Below are positions 14,318 through 27,655 of a DNA stretch of 64,000 nt, one piece after another (position 1 is the first letter of the stretch; each line of letters starts with the position of its first letter). This DNA is from Botryllus schlosseri (taxonomy: Eukaryota): the NCBI GenBank assembly GCA_051294905.1, contig CM119371.1:20524001-20588000 (forward strand). The letters run 5' to 3'. A program made the position numbers and the translations under genes. The notes under the pieces were generated by a model. It made no database searches and was not told the DNA's origin. It was given only the letters and a program-made list of their open reading frames with translations.

Positions 14318-14713
14318 TCAATTAGGGTCAAGTACATGTGTAAATGGGGAAATGGCGATTATATAATATCTTCGTATCGACGGTTTTAGGCGTATGATAA
14401 GCTTGCCAAAGAGTCCGGCGATGTTTGTATATTCAAGGAAAGTTGCTATTTCATTTCTCAGTTCATACACTGCAAGTGCAAGCATACCTTCTCGACTTAA
14501 TGTGCAAACATGGCAGATATACAAGACATCGCCATATTGATGCTCTGCTTCTAGTGATATCTGAGGTAGGCTAACTGTCCGTGATACAGTTTGTGAGACA
14601 AAATCAGCTTTCATCATTGTGTCCAAAACACTATTCAGGTTTGTTGTCTTGGCGTAAAATGTCTTCCGGTGAATTAAACTACAGATGACTAACCTACGGA
14701 TGCTAGTTATCAA
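14318..14713 (-). pseudogene. hAT Buster/SPIN/GTF2IRD2-like transposase fragment
   Basis: CSLIHRKTFYAK (CxxH) and EHQYGDVLYICHVCTLSREGML...YELRNEIATFLE (cf. YGDVLYxxEVRWLSRGxxL..ELRxEI). Confidence 0.75.
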
Positions 14714-15120
14714 TAATGCAACTAGTCGACTGCATTCGCACCAGTTTTATGGCGTGACAATAAACTAATACGACGTAGGATACTTCATATCGGAGAAATG
14801 TCGCATTCTTTCCAAGCAGTGCTGCACTGCAGATTGGAACTCATTACGAAACGGCGGGCCGTATTCTCGGGGTAACTTGTTACTGTTGATTTCTGGTTGT
14901 AACGTTTCGGAAATTTGTTGTAGAAGTCATCAGAGATTCACCTATGCTAGATGTCAATCCTGTACAAAGCATTTAGAATGATATCGTCAGAATTACGCAG
15001 AAATCCATCGGTAACGTAGTCGTATTACGGTACTCAACTCTGATCATATGTACTTAAATTTATGCATTTGAAGTAAAGCGATTGGTTTATATTCTGGTAA
15101 GAGTATTTGTTAGTTTAAGC

Positions 15121-16872
15121 CAGTGGTTCCCAACCGGTGTGCCGCGGCACACTAGTGTGCCAATTGGACTGCTTAGGTGTGCCGCGAGCAAATGTGGTAA
15201 ACTATGTCGAAGTATAACAAAAATCTCAATTTTGAGTGTGTCATTGTTGGTTTTTGTATTGAATTTACCCGCTCAAGACCCGCGAAGCACAATCCGATGC
15301 AATGAACAGATAGAAGGATGCCGAGGCGACCGTAGTTACGGTATCTCAATCTAGTATTTCAATCTGGCATCCCCATTAGGTCATGGATTGAGTCTTTCTC
15401 TGGACTTTTTATTGTAAAGACGCTCTGAGCACAGCAACGTATAGGGGCGGATAATCTAATAAATCTGCAACGCTTTGTTACGTGCTACTGCACTTCCATG
15501 AATCAAACTGGGGCCTCCACCGTCAATGGGTGCGATATGCTAGTTTGCCCACATAGTAGCATCAGTAGCATTTAGGACGGTGATAACTAAACTCGGGTAA
15601 TTGGACCGTGATATTGAGGTGTGGCCGAAGTGTTCGCCTTTTACTTGTCACCCCCATGACAACCGGAGGCAGAACAGGGACATGACGCATGTCGATGATG
15701 ACCTTTTTATGCTTCTATTTGTAGTCGTATTCTTGCCATGTCTTCGTCATCGATGATCATTTTACACCATGCCGATATTAGATATTTTGATTCCTGAGAT
15801 GCCAACTTATAGCACGGCCCACTTTTTGTAAGACACTGCTTTTGCAGATCGTAGGACGAGTAGGAGCCTACATAAACCTCGAACACCTAGGAAGGCATTC
15901 TCACCATCGAGAAATGAACTCATTTGAAAGTGATGTTCGCCTTTAAAAATTAGAATTGCCAACATTGCCATTCGCATCTCGATTGTTAGGTAGCGTGCCA
16001 GCACTGCAGTTAAAATGAAGGCTCAGTGCGCAATGTTATGTTGCAGGTAGGGCTGGGCACAATGATTCGAGTACTCGAATCTGAATCGAGTATTAATTTT
16101 AATGATTCGAGTCGAGTAGTAAAATATGATTTTTTCGAGTATTGAAATTATACGCTCCTCGCAACTCAAAGTTAATTTACTAACGATAATTATAGTTTTG
16201 GTACTATTTTCCACTCAGGAAGGCTTGAAACCTTGATTGGCTGTGTCGCAACATACGAGACATAGTACAAAGCTACGAACGTTACTGGAAATAACACATT
16301 TCCGAAGTGTTTTCATCATCCTACAACATTGCCAAGAAATGGAATGAAGTCTGTATGGTCGAAAAAAATACAAAATTATCTTTAATGTGACCGAAAACAG
16401 GCATTATGTTCCTTGTGGTGGCATAAAAGGTACATATTTGAACGTTGACACAGTGCATTCTGTTGTGACGTCATAATGAGTGATACTCGAATACTCGACT
16501 CGACTCGAAGCGAAATACGTGATTCAGAATCGAATCACTCAGGTACTCGATTTTGCCCAGCCCTACTTGCAGGCGACAAATTCGAGAATTGAGAAGTAAA
16601 GTTGATCAAATTATATCAGTTACAAATTTCCCCTCCGCTGAGGTTTCTTATCCCGATTTGTTGGAACTACAATTGAACTGCGGATGGCTGCCAGTAAGAC
16701 TATTGAGGTATACTATCCTCACATGTGCTATTACACTATCTGCGTGGAAATGTGTTTGGTAGTTGCCTGTGCCGTATAAGCCAAAAGAGTTCGGAACCAC
16801 TGTGCTAGTGTGCCGCGAACTATTTTTAATTTTCGAAGTGTGCCACGAGGTCAAAAAGGTTGGGAACCACTG
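15121..16872. mobile_element. hAT MITE with a nested TAGGGCTGGGCA MITE (16048-16565)
   Basis: TIR CAGTGGTTCCCAACC, TSD gtttaagc; inner TSD gttgcagg/cttgcagg. Confidence 0.9.
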
Positions 16873-17181
16873 GTTTAAGCAGTACTATTTGTCTGTTGTA
16901 GAGCCTGATTTTGGATGAAGATATGACTGAAGCAGCCGGGGCCCGCAAGGATCAGGATATACTGTCTGCTGGCGTGCTGCTATAAAACAAATGTCGCTGA
17001 ACACATCGGAAGTATCTTTTGGGAGAACCTGCCATCAAGACTAAGCAAAGCAGTGCACTTTATTGTTGCCTTATACAATGCCGATTTTATTAGCACTACT
17101 TCGCAACTGCGATTGAACTGGATTTGGCAAATCACACGCGATTTTGATAAATAGTTGATATCACATATATGCGCTATTTAG

Positions 17182-17739
17182 AATCTTCATTCAGACTCTA
17201 ATCCTTGCTGCTCTTCATTCGCTTAAATCTCCAGAAAAATTCACAAGAAAATCGCGACTCAAGTCTGACTCGAGTCATTATAGCCCTGTCATCTACCTCT
17301 ACCTGACTAGCGATGATGTGAGCAAGACCGAACTGTCACGTTTTAGGTCTTCTGAGAACCAATAACTGATACGAGGTACAGTACTTCCAATATGACCCTA
17401 ATGTATAATATCTTCACCGCATATAATAACTATGCAAAATACGGGCAAAAACCACTTTCACACAGTGTTCAGTGAATATAAAACAAATTCTCTTGGCTAT
17501 CGTCATTCAGACTCATCCATGCTGCTTTACGTTCGCTTAAATCTCGTTGCCCATCACCGGATTTCCCGACAGCGACTCACAGAAAGAGGGTACTGGCGAG
17601 AATCGAACCAGGGTCTCCTGCGCAGAAAAAATATCAGGTTTAGGGGAAGCACAGCTCGATATCATGTGAAACACGTTACATAGTGACATGTTCAATGGGA
17701 ACATTGTTGATCGGTATCATGGGGAGCACTGGTTCTCTC
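17182..17739. repeat. Right arm of 558-bp inverted duplication
   Basis: Reverse complement of 10699-11256. Confidence 0.95.
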
Positions 17740-17778
17740 TGATTATTATTATTCCGTATCTGCCCGATTACCAGTGAA

Positions 17779-18641
17779 CTCGGCACTTGGTGAATTCGGC
17801 CGCACAAACTCGGCACTTGGTGAATTCGGCCGTGGTAGATCTCGTAGCGGTACCGGTCACCATGATTGGTTACTGGAATGTTTGCCGGTGAACTTGGCAC
17901 TTTGAGTGGTTGTCAATGTTGTACGGCGGTCAGGGCATGCGTAGATCACACAGTCACGGCGTGATTAGATCACAGATTGCGTAATTGCGGGAAATAACGC
18001 TACGCTCTTCACTTGGTGAACTCGGCCCTTGGAGGAATTGGCACTAGAACACCTTCGCATTAGAAATGCATTTAGTATGAATGAACAGTATCAAAAAGGA
18101 AATTTAAACGTGTCGTGGCTCGTGGTAGATCTCGTAATCTTGGGATCCTTCAACCGTGTTATCGAGACACCCTAATCCCAGAGTGGAATCGTCTCTCCAA
18201 AGGCAAAAAATAATTTATTTTGACGTGATCATGCGAAACATTTGTTGATGAGGAACACTGGCTTGTCGTGATCGATAAACGAAGAAGCGCCTCTTGATGT
18301 TCCACAGTTTTGATCTCACATACAACGCCAAGATCCATCTTCTCAAAACTTACACGACACAGGCCCGTGACTCACGCCATCGATTCCAAGCAGACCGCGC
18401 GTGGTCGGTATATGAGCGCTGTGTTATTTCCCGTGGCTACGCAATCCGTGATCTAATCACGCCGTGACTGCGCGATCTACGGATGCCCTGACCTCCTTAC
18501 AAGATTGACGAATCACTTGATAATACTATTATTAGTTTGATAATTCATATTAATAGCTGTAAATACACTTCATTTCAAAATTTCCCGAGGGCCGAATTCA
18601 CCAAGTGCCGAGTTTGTGCGGCCGAATTCACCAAGTGCCGG
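17779..18641. mobile_element. Unclassified inverted-repeat element with GGCCGAATTCACCAAGTGCCG terminal repeats
   Basis: Terminal motif doublets are inverted at the two ends; a second inverted pair lies at about 17930-17998 vs 18423-18492. Confidence 0.7.
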
Positions 18642-18644
18642 GTG

Positions 18645-20190
18645 CATCGGCAACCATCTGCCCACTTACAGCACGGCCCACTCCTAGGCTTTTTAAGACA
18701 TGGCTATGCGAATCAGATGGCGAGGAGGAGCCTAGATAAACGGCCAACACTTCGGTAGGAATTATGGAGTCGACGTGTCACGCTCGAACCCGCAATTCAT
18801 TGGTGTTTAGCTATAATGGAACGTACCACTACGTTTCCTCGCCATACCTTGTAAAATGAGACCGTAGCATTTGGCATTTCGTGTGGCAATTCACTTTTGT
18901 GTGGAAAATTGTGTTCGTTTTAGAACTTATCCGAAACTTTTATTCCGCCATAGATTGTATATGATAAAACAATATCGGAATTGATCCTAGAAGAATTCCA
19001 AAGCAACTCACCACAAAGGAGGATTTAAAGAAGTTTGATGGAAAATTGAATGAAAGCAAAAGCCTTTGCAAGAGATGTGGTATGTTGAATCTGTTTTGGT
19101 ATTTTTAAATAGGCCTACTTTGTTGTGCCGATAGCAGACAGTATATATAAACGTAAGATGTGGAAGCTATCAAGGTGTTTTTAGAAATTCAGTCAGTCAA
19201 AGTGGACGATCGTATTGCTTGGATTATATTTAGGCTTATTTTAGCATCTTTGAGATGCAACTCTAATCATGGACGGTCATGAACAGTAGGGCTCTTCAAA
19301 AATGACTTTTTTTCTCAAATCGTACTGGCTACTTGATAAAATTGTTAGGTTACCTAATTTAAGCCTACAAACAAAATATGGTTCAAATCCAGCCAGTATC
19401 CGCTTTGCTACAAGAGAAGAAAGTTCCTATTTATTATATAAAAATGAATAATAAAAAATTTGAAGATTTTCTGTTAACCCCATGAAAGTGTTAGGCTGTC
19501 TATAGAAACGATGCTCACCAAATTTGGTTCAATTCCAACCAGTTGAAGCGGAGTAATTGCTGTCGAAAAATCTGGATTTTAATAAAATAGTACTTACGGT
19601 GAGCACAACTTTAATAAGTAAACAAAGAATCGGTCACCGTAAATACTATTTTATTCAAATCCAAATTTTTCGACGGCAATATCTCCGCTTCCACTGGTTG
19701 GAATTGAACCAAATTTGGTGAGCATCGTTTCTATAGACAGCCTAACACTTTCATGGGGTGAACAGAAAATTTTCAAATTTTTATTACCTATTTATTTTTA
19801 TATAATAAATAGAAACTTTCTTCTCCTGTAGCAAAGCGGTTACTGGCTGGAATTGAACCAAATTTTGTGTTTTGGCTTAAATTAGGTAACCTAACAATAT
19901 TATCAAGTAGCCAGAACGATTTGAGAAAAAAAGTCATATTTTAAGAGCCCTAATGTCCATGTGAGAGAAACGTTTTTGGGTAGGCCTACTCATATGTCTC
20001 GCAGAGTTCTCTACATAATTGTCAATTGCGATACAAACTGTTTGCTTGTATTGGTAAAGCCATCCAACTTCGAATTGTAAAATGTTGGGAGTCTTGATAT
20101 CAAATTTTTGAAAGGTGCACTTTGAGAAGATTTCGGAATCTGTCAAATTATACAAAAATTTAGCAAATTCTTTGACATATTTCATCTATT
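18645..20190 (+). pseudogene. Highly decayed EnSpm-like transposase, 3' part (5' part near 10380-10660)
   Basis: Weak but ordered motif echoes: YRYIPV and MEYGHSKII (10380-10660); IGNHL, NYGV, EMWY, KLYKNLANSLTYFH (cf. DNL, GVK, EMW, NFKNxxxSLAxRH). Many stops. Confidence 0.35.
19287..19952. mobile_element. Foldback (almost fully palindromic) MITE
   Basis: TAGGGCTCTT...AAGAGCCCTA with arms of about 320 bp; a partial second copy lies at 59285-59825. Confidence 0.9.
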
Positions 20191-21936
20191 TGGGACTCGA
20201 TCAACGTAAAAGAATTGGTAATCATTTTATACAATGTATTGTATTTGTAGTTGAAGTATAGTAATAATTCTTATGGTTACCGCACTTGTAACGATTCACG
20301 GCCATAACTGGAATAATTAGAATGATGTAACTTTCAAATTGTCATGCATTTTGCAACCACATTGTTCTCAATTTTCAAGGTGCTGACCATTCGAGGAAGA
20401 ATCACCCACCGGGAATTCACGATCCGTAAACGCGGCCGACTGTTTCTCTCCTCAAGCGGAAGCGACAGAGAAGAGGAACGAAGAGAAAAAAGGAGCAGAA
20501 ATAGCAAGAGTGTGATAAGTCGCGTCCGTTCGCTTTAATGCGTATTTCCATCCGCGAAGTAGTAGGTGGGAAAACTAATGGGCGTTTGGTTAGGGCTTAT
20601 ATAAGGTTGACTCCAGCGCTGTATTTGCTTAATGTTGCTATGAAATAGGGGTGGTGTCATTTGGTATCAATATTGACTATTGAAAGACCATTTGTTAGTG
20701 GTCATGGATTTGTTCGGCCAGTATGCAGTAATTTCTGATGGTCACTTCCCGGGCTTCTGTTCTCTAACCCCTCATAATTGTTATTCTGCTTCTAGTAAGA
20801 CTGTCGATTCTAATGTTTTATCGTATCATTTGTCGGAGGTTTCGCTCGCTTTATTTACAACGTTTTGCTCTCTGCTAGGTCAATTACTGGCTGAGTATCA
20901 CTACAGCCTAAGAAACTGCACTAATTCTCATTTTAATGTCTTGCTGGTTATCTTGCTGTCAATTCTAATAATCTATACCAGTCTATACCAGTGCCGCCAC
21001 TCAAATGTTTTGTTCTCTGTACACAATATTGTTAGGTCTTCAGCTTTCCAGGCAGAGTATCATTCCACTTTCTAGACTTGAGTATATATCTCTCCAACTA
21101 GCTGCCAAATAACTGATTCATTTGGATTGTTGAATTGATCATTTTGGACGGAATGTGAAGAAATTTTAGTCAAGAATTCTTTTTGTGTTAGTGGCTGTTT
21201 TCAAAGAGTGCTGAAGTAGTCATCGTTGATCTTGATAATCAAGTAGAAGTGACGATTGAAGTCAGTTCTCTAGTCATATAATATTAAAAAATATAATAAT
21301 AAAACTTGAAAACTTGAGTGGAAATAGTTCAGAATCGAATCCATTTTAGTAAGTATGGGCGAAAAAAATGTAGGAGTCATTCGTTAGTCGCTACCTCTGC
21401 CATTTTCGCAGTACGAATGTCTTAGCTATTAATCATCATTTTCATTTTATTTCTGCAGGGTGTTGAGAAAAAAGGCCGCATGCTGGTTATTTAACTGGCT
21501 CATCAGAAGATGAAACCTGATGATAAGGACTCTTCACTTTCTTTCTAAAGACATTCGTTCGTTTGTTCGTTTTATTTTTTACAACGGCATTATTGCCAAT
21601 TCGTTTGAAATTAAATTATCACAAATGTGATTAATATGTAGTAAATAATGTGGTGTGTGTACGCAGCCGTGATCAGGTTAAGCCCATAGTGGTAGAAAAC
21701 AGGTTATTATATCAGGATCTTCTTCTTCTAACGTAGGATCTACATTCTACTCACCATGTTTAAAGGCTGTAGCATCTGCATAATATTTACATTATTGAAG
21801 GACATGGAAAAGACGTTGAATTGAGTCGACACAAAATCCCCCTTTCTACGACCTGCCGAGATCTAATATCTACTATATCGGCTCGGCTTTTCTACATCTT
21901 TGGTCTGTACTGTGTTTGCTGGGATATGCCTGTGAA

Positions 21937-23383
21937 CAATGTTCCCTCTAATTTTTCAAGAGTCTGCGCAAACCCGCTAACTCACTGAGCAGGCCCTCGG
22001 ACAAGAGTGCGCAACAACCCTCCAATAGGATGATGAAATCCCCTCGGTCTCTTGGCTTTTTCCGGTACTTATCATTTAAATTGGATGCCCGTTTAGTGGT
22101 TGCGTCCCTAAACGCGCGAAGCGCGAAATAATTATGTAATTTACGATTGCATCGGTCAATATGATCGGCAATTGCATATATATTGCTAACAATTTTTATC
22201 CTCTCCCTGCTCACATAATCAGATTTACTGGTAGTGCTGATCCAGTGAGATGTGCTGGAATAGATAGGTCCTTTAAATAATAATAAAAAATCTTCGGGCG
22301 TACCCGTTGGTATAATGACTTCGTTACATGATGCCATTTCGTTACCCCCTATCTGCTATTATAAAAAGATATTGAAATCGCCAAAACGTACACGATTTCA
22401 AATTGGTATTTCTTTACTGGATAATATTGTTCTCTTGATATGGCATTTGTCTTGTTGTGGGACTCGGATCGTCAGGACAGGAACATTCAGCGCCAGCCAT
22501 TTGGGCGCCTATGAACAATTGAACATGGACTATTACACATATATGTATTTGCATATATATCGAAGTTTTCGGTCAGCACTGGGGCAGTCTTTTTCGCCCA
22601 AGGCTTTCTCGCAGCTGATCGTTCTGGCGCACTTCTTGGGATCACATGTTACATAGCCTTTAACTTGGCGCGTAATTGTGCGGTAATGGCCGACACCCAA
22701 CTGTCAATTTCTATAAATCATGCTTATTTTTTGTTGGGAAAGGGTACCCAATATTCAAGATATCGCGCGCATCGCGAAAAGAAATTCACAAAAATACACC
22801 ATGATTTATGTTAATTCCCGAAATAATTTAGGACCCCCTTCGAGCACGGCCCCTCTAATTGGGGGGTTTGGGGTGCGACAGTTACGGTCCTGAGTAAATC
22901 TTACGCAATGTTCAAGCCACGCGGAGAAGACTATTCGTTAGTTTCACGCAGATTTACTTCGAGCCAGCCCAATAATTGTTATTTATAACTTTGTTAAACC
23001 ATGTTATTTCGCCATTCCCAGAAAATAATGCGCTATTGAAATGATATCAGTATCGCTCACGCTTACGAGTCCATACTAAAAAAATATCTTCCGTGTGGCG
23101 CACGTGATTATAAATTCTCATTTATGCACGGAGGGCAATATTTACTTTTGCGGGCCGCACTTGTACCTCGGTTTCATACTTCAGTGATAACACTTTTTGG
23201 CCCTGGCAATGTTCCATCTTAATTTTCACGAGTATGCGCGCCTGCGTGGTCCATTGGACAGCAGTGCGCAACGACTATAAAAAACATCATTTCGGATTTT
23301 TGTGCGCAGCGTAGATTTTCTGTTCGCAGGGACCGTTTCAGCACTGCGCATTTGCGCACGTGCGCAGCTTAGAGGGAACATTG
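21937..23383 (+). mobile_element. hAT non-autonomous element, 1447 bp
   Basis: 15-bp TIR CAATGTTCCCTCTAA, perfect TSD cctgtgaa. Confidence 0.92.
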
Positions 23384-24972
23384 CCTGTGAATATTGTGGG
23401 TAGTCGGCATCCCCGCAATTTCATCATCAGCACAGCCTTGTTGGCCAATTGTATACGGTTCGACAATAATGATCACTATGTATTACACGAAATGGGAGAG
23501 ATGATAAAAACTTGATTTCGTTGCACATGTCGATATGACGAGCACGAACCGAGAAATTCCATCTCATCGTTACTATGAATTGGATAAGCAAATACTCGTT
23601 TTTTCGTGATAGTTCTTTAGTCGGGCCGCGAAAGTGGACAGTGTTATTGCGAGTATGCAATTATGCATGCTAATTGCAATTCAATACTGCTCCGCATTTT
23701 CATTCACTCCAGTAAGGATTTTCAAGCTTAAATAGGGGGTGACATAAGAGTAGGCCAAAACCCCATGGTATTCTGTGTTGGAGACAAACTACTGATTTGA
23801 TACGCGATTTCCAATTTGGAATCATCTGTTTCGTAAACTTGTAAATGTGCAATGTGCATACTGCATAGTTTAATTCGTTATGGGCATGGCGCAATGTGCA
23901 TGGCACAGTGTTTATTTCGATTATTCGATTCTTTTCAACGGGAAGATATTATTTCGATCAACTTGATCGACACCGGGTGGACTGGTAACGAGTGCACCAA
24001 TATCGAACGTCAAACCATTGGCCATTTGGTACAAATCGAATTTCTACTTATCACGTCGTTATATCCGCTCATTTTGCCCTTATACTACAGTAACAGTTGC
24101 ATAATAATCGCACATTTAAAGATTGAATTGAGCTGGCCTAATAGTAATGAGTGCAGTGCCAGTGTTAAAACGCCGCATCATAATTTTAATGCTGTGGCAC
24201 GGAGTAAAGTGCTTTTTTAGTTTATTGTAATATACGACGATTTACTAAAAATGTGACTGGACCCTGGATCTGCCAATGCGTCGAAACTGATATTTTAGTC
24301 ATCAACATCCCAAGTGCCGCGGCCAGACTAATCATATTTTTGTTGGCCTAGCGAGTTCACAATCTGAGCCATTCAATTTCAATAATAACATAATTTCGAT
24401 AATATAATGGGAAATTAGCTCTCGGGCTACTCAATGCCTTCTCGCGGGCCGCATATGGCCCGCAGGCCGCGGGTTGCTCGATCACCCCTGATATAGACAG
24501 ACACCTTCGATAGTTTTCAGAGCCGGAGCCGGAGCTGGAGCCGGAGCAGTGGTAATAATGCTGCTACGGAGCTGGAGCCGGAGCTGATGTATGATAGAAG
24601 AAAGCTCCGGAGCCGGAGCCGGAGCAATGCAAATTTACGGCTGCTCCGAAGCCCTGCATTCATATCAAATCGAAGGCGCGGATTTTCAAGACACGGTCAC
24701 GTATTTCAGGAAAGGCCATTGTAGAATTCACTTTGTATAATAGAAGTCAACCAAATTTTTGCATGAATTCGTATGATAATATTTTCAAGAGAGGTCATTT
24801 TGCTGTTGTTCATCACTAAGCCTACAGTTGCAGAAGACTGATGACGATTGCACAATAATTGAGCTAAATTTGAACTAAAACTTCGTGGGGTTACGCGGGG
24901 GTCCGTGATGGTCCGAAAGGGGTCCGCTAAGACAAAATAGTTGGGAACCACTGGTCCATAATGATTCTCAAC

Positions 24973-27655
24973 CAGACATGGAATAATCGTGATTAGTAAT
25001 CGTAATCGATTACGACGATTACAGCATTTTCAAGTAATCGTAATCGCAATCGATTACATTCGAAAAATATATTTCTTTGTGAAAGAGCGATTACTTTTTT
25101 TCTTGTAAAAGGACAATGACAACTGAAGGAAGAGTACAATATTATATCAGGTTATGGATGGCAGAAATGTAGGATTTGCAAACACCACTGGTCAATATTA
25201 CCTCACGAGTATTACCTTCGCTCGTCATTGCATAACGAATTATCAATAAGTAGTAAATAGATTGTCGATGTGTACATCTAGTATAGTGCGATTGCATAAG
25301 AATCAAGCATGTCGTTATGTTACGCATGTTCTTTGTTCAACCGCCAGGAATATTATTCTTATATGGCCATACTTGAAACGAGCATCAATCGTTAATTCGC
25401 AATTCTTGACTCAACATTTGGATCTTCAACCATCTACAAGCAGCTGTTCTTAACAGCCGATCCGTATCAAGTTTCCTGCCGGTCCGACACTGATATTGGA
25501 GTTTATATCTCAATTCCAAAATGCGTGACGACGGACGCTTGTCCGTTTACTCAGGGAAATAAAACATCCAATTGTAACTTTATTGCGAAGTTATATGTGA
25601 AAGCTGCGGAAGACTTTCAAACAAACGTCGTTAAATTCCGACAGTGCAAATAAGCGATACTAGCAGTATAATAGGGCCTGGCAAACAGCATCTAATGTTT
25701 CAAAGGATACCGAAAAATCACGATCAATATAGTGGTGTTTAGCAGGACTTCACAAGCCTCGCCTTGCGTAAACTTCAACAGAATCACTCATAAATATTTG
25801 AAGGTTTACCAACCTTGTTTGGAAGTTTTACCGGTCCGCGATGTCACAAAAGGTTTAGAACAACAGTGAATCTCTACCAAATTAGGGTGGGTTGTAGCCC
25901 GAATCCGGACTGATACAGCACTTCGTCAACCCTTTCCGCAAAGGTTGGTCTTGTACCCCCATAGGATGAGCAGCCCCTACTTGGTGTTGGTCCTGCACCC
26001 CAATAGGGTGATTATTCAAACTTCTGATTCATGACTGAACTTCGTAAATAACATTGGTAAATTAATATTATTATTATAGATGGCAAAAATGGAGTGGTAC
26101 ATATCACCATGTAAGGTCTGGAGCACCACGTGCAAAGTTAATCGTAAAGAATAGTAAATTCAGGACAAATGCGTATGAGAGGGTTGAATAAGTCACAAAT
26201 GTATCAACTGGGGCAAAATCAAATATTAATTTAATCCCATACAGTCGATATCTTACGTTGCATCGCCAATAATTTCGACGAGAACTTGCTAGGGAATACG
26301 AGGTTACGCTTTAACGGTCCAGGCCAGACTAGACAATGTATTCGGCGTCCGAGTATTGCTACGTTGATATTGAGCAGAGTGTAAAACTTGTGTCTTTTGC
26401 TACCGATATTACCCCATTAAAAAGTTATACAGCAGTAGCCAACACCCCGAGCGCACAGATTTGGTTTTTATGATACAATAAGCAAAGTAAAGATTTGCCC
26501 CCCACGCCTGCTAGATTTTTACACCGATATCGTTTTCATTGATTAGTTGAGTTAGCATCATTAGCTGACTTCATGTATAGTGTATTTCGCTGTTGATGTT
26601 GTTTGATTGTGGGTCAAGCTTACAGCAAAGAATTCCCAAATACTCACAGACGTAAAGCGGGATATTTAGAGCAAACTTTTGTAACAAAGCAAATATCAAT
26701 TTTGAGATTGGCAAGGTGCATGCTCGCTTGGTGTTGATTTGTTTTCATGCTGCCAGCGCCATGCCTTGAGTTGCCCGCAGCTGATAATAAAGTGCAATAC
26801 ATTTTATACAAAGATGTTATATTAAAGTGAAAATTGCAATAGATGAAAAAGGTTCACAGTGCAGAACCTACCATGGTTCTGCACTGTGAACGTGAACCTC
26901 TAAATTTCTAAGGTTCACACTTAGAACGCGAACGTGAACCTCACGTTCACACCATCCCTAATATTTAGTCCCTCACAGTAGGCTACTGTTTTACCATATG
27001 TCGATGGTGAGCGTATTTACAACACGATAAAAGAAAATGATCGACAGTGGCTGGTGCAACATTGATAAATGAATACAGTACTATTTATTTTTGTTCGTCT
27101 GATATACCATGTGGTAAGATTCACAGGTAGAGCAGGGAGAGGTGGTAGGGCACGTAATTAATAATTCTATCATATTCGGGCGTGTCAGCTTTAATTATTA
27201 CTTTGTTGAATGGTATTGATTCTTAACTTCCCGTCTGCTATACAGTTAAAAGATATTGGAGTCGCCCAACCGTAACAGACTGAACTAAAAGAAAAAATTC
27301 ATTCGTGACTCGCAAACATAAATTGTCATTTACTCACGTGCGCATCATTCCCTCTGATGGCAAGACAGGACTGTAGTCCCCACGCCAATCCAGTGCGGCC
27401 ATGGACAATGGCTATATTTTGACAGAAAGTTTCGGTCAGGGCTGTTGGGTGCGATAAATGGTCAGCTATAAAATTGAGCAATGGTTATTTTGTGACGTAA
27501 CACGCAAATGACGTCACATTAATTTTTTTGTTCTCTCATGAGGTCTTCTCATCGCTATCGTTATATTGTCTTCGTGATCGTAATCGTATTCGCGTGATTA
27601 AGAAGTAATCGTATTCGCAATCGATTGCATTCATGAAGTAATCACCCCATGTCTG
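24973..27655. mobile_element. hAT element with GTAATC/GATTAC arrays plus nested material
   Basis: TIR CAGACATGG, TSD ttctcaac/ttctcgac; a solo end at 13393. Confidence 0.75.

Larger units (their letters stand above)
9363..21923 (+). mobile_element. Large CMC/EnSpm-type element (12.6 kb including nested insertions)
   Basis: 13-bp TIR CCCAGCAAACACA / TGTGTTTGCTGGG, 2-bp TSD AT, and subterminal ~140-bp-period repeats at 9445-9680. Confidence 0.75.
9006..24656. mobile_element. hAT non-autonomous element with (GGAGCC)n subterminal arrays, inflated to 15.65 kb by nested insertions
   Basis: TIR CAGGGCTTTGGAGC / GCTCCGAAGCCCTG, TSD cgttcata/cattcata. The flanks rejoin into a MITE seen intact at 41357-42369. 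Confidence 0.8.

Noticed and set aside
17770..17900. Repeated CTCGGCACTTGGTGAATTCGGCC units resembling a CRISPR array
   Set aside because: Only a few irregular units, mirrored at 18590-18641, with no unique spacers or cas genes and a eukaryotic context; they are transposon terminal repeats.
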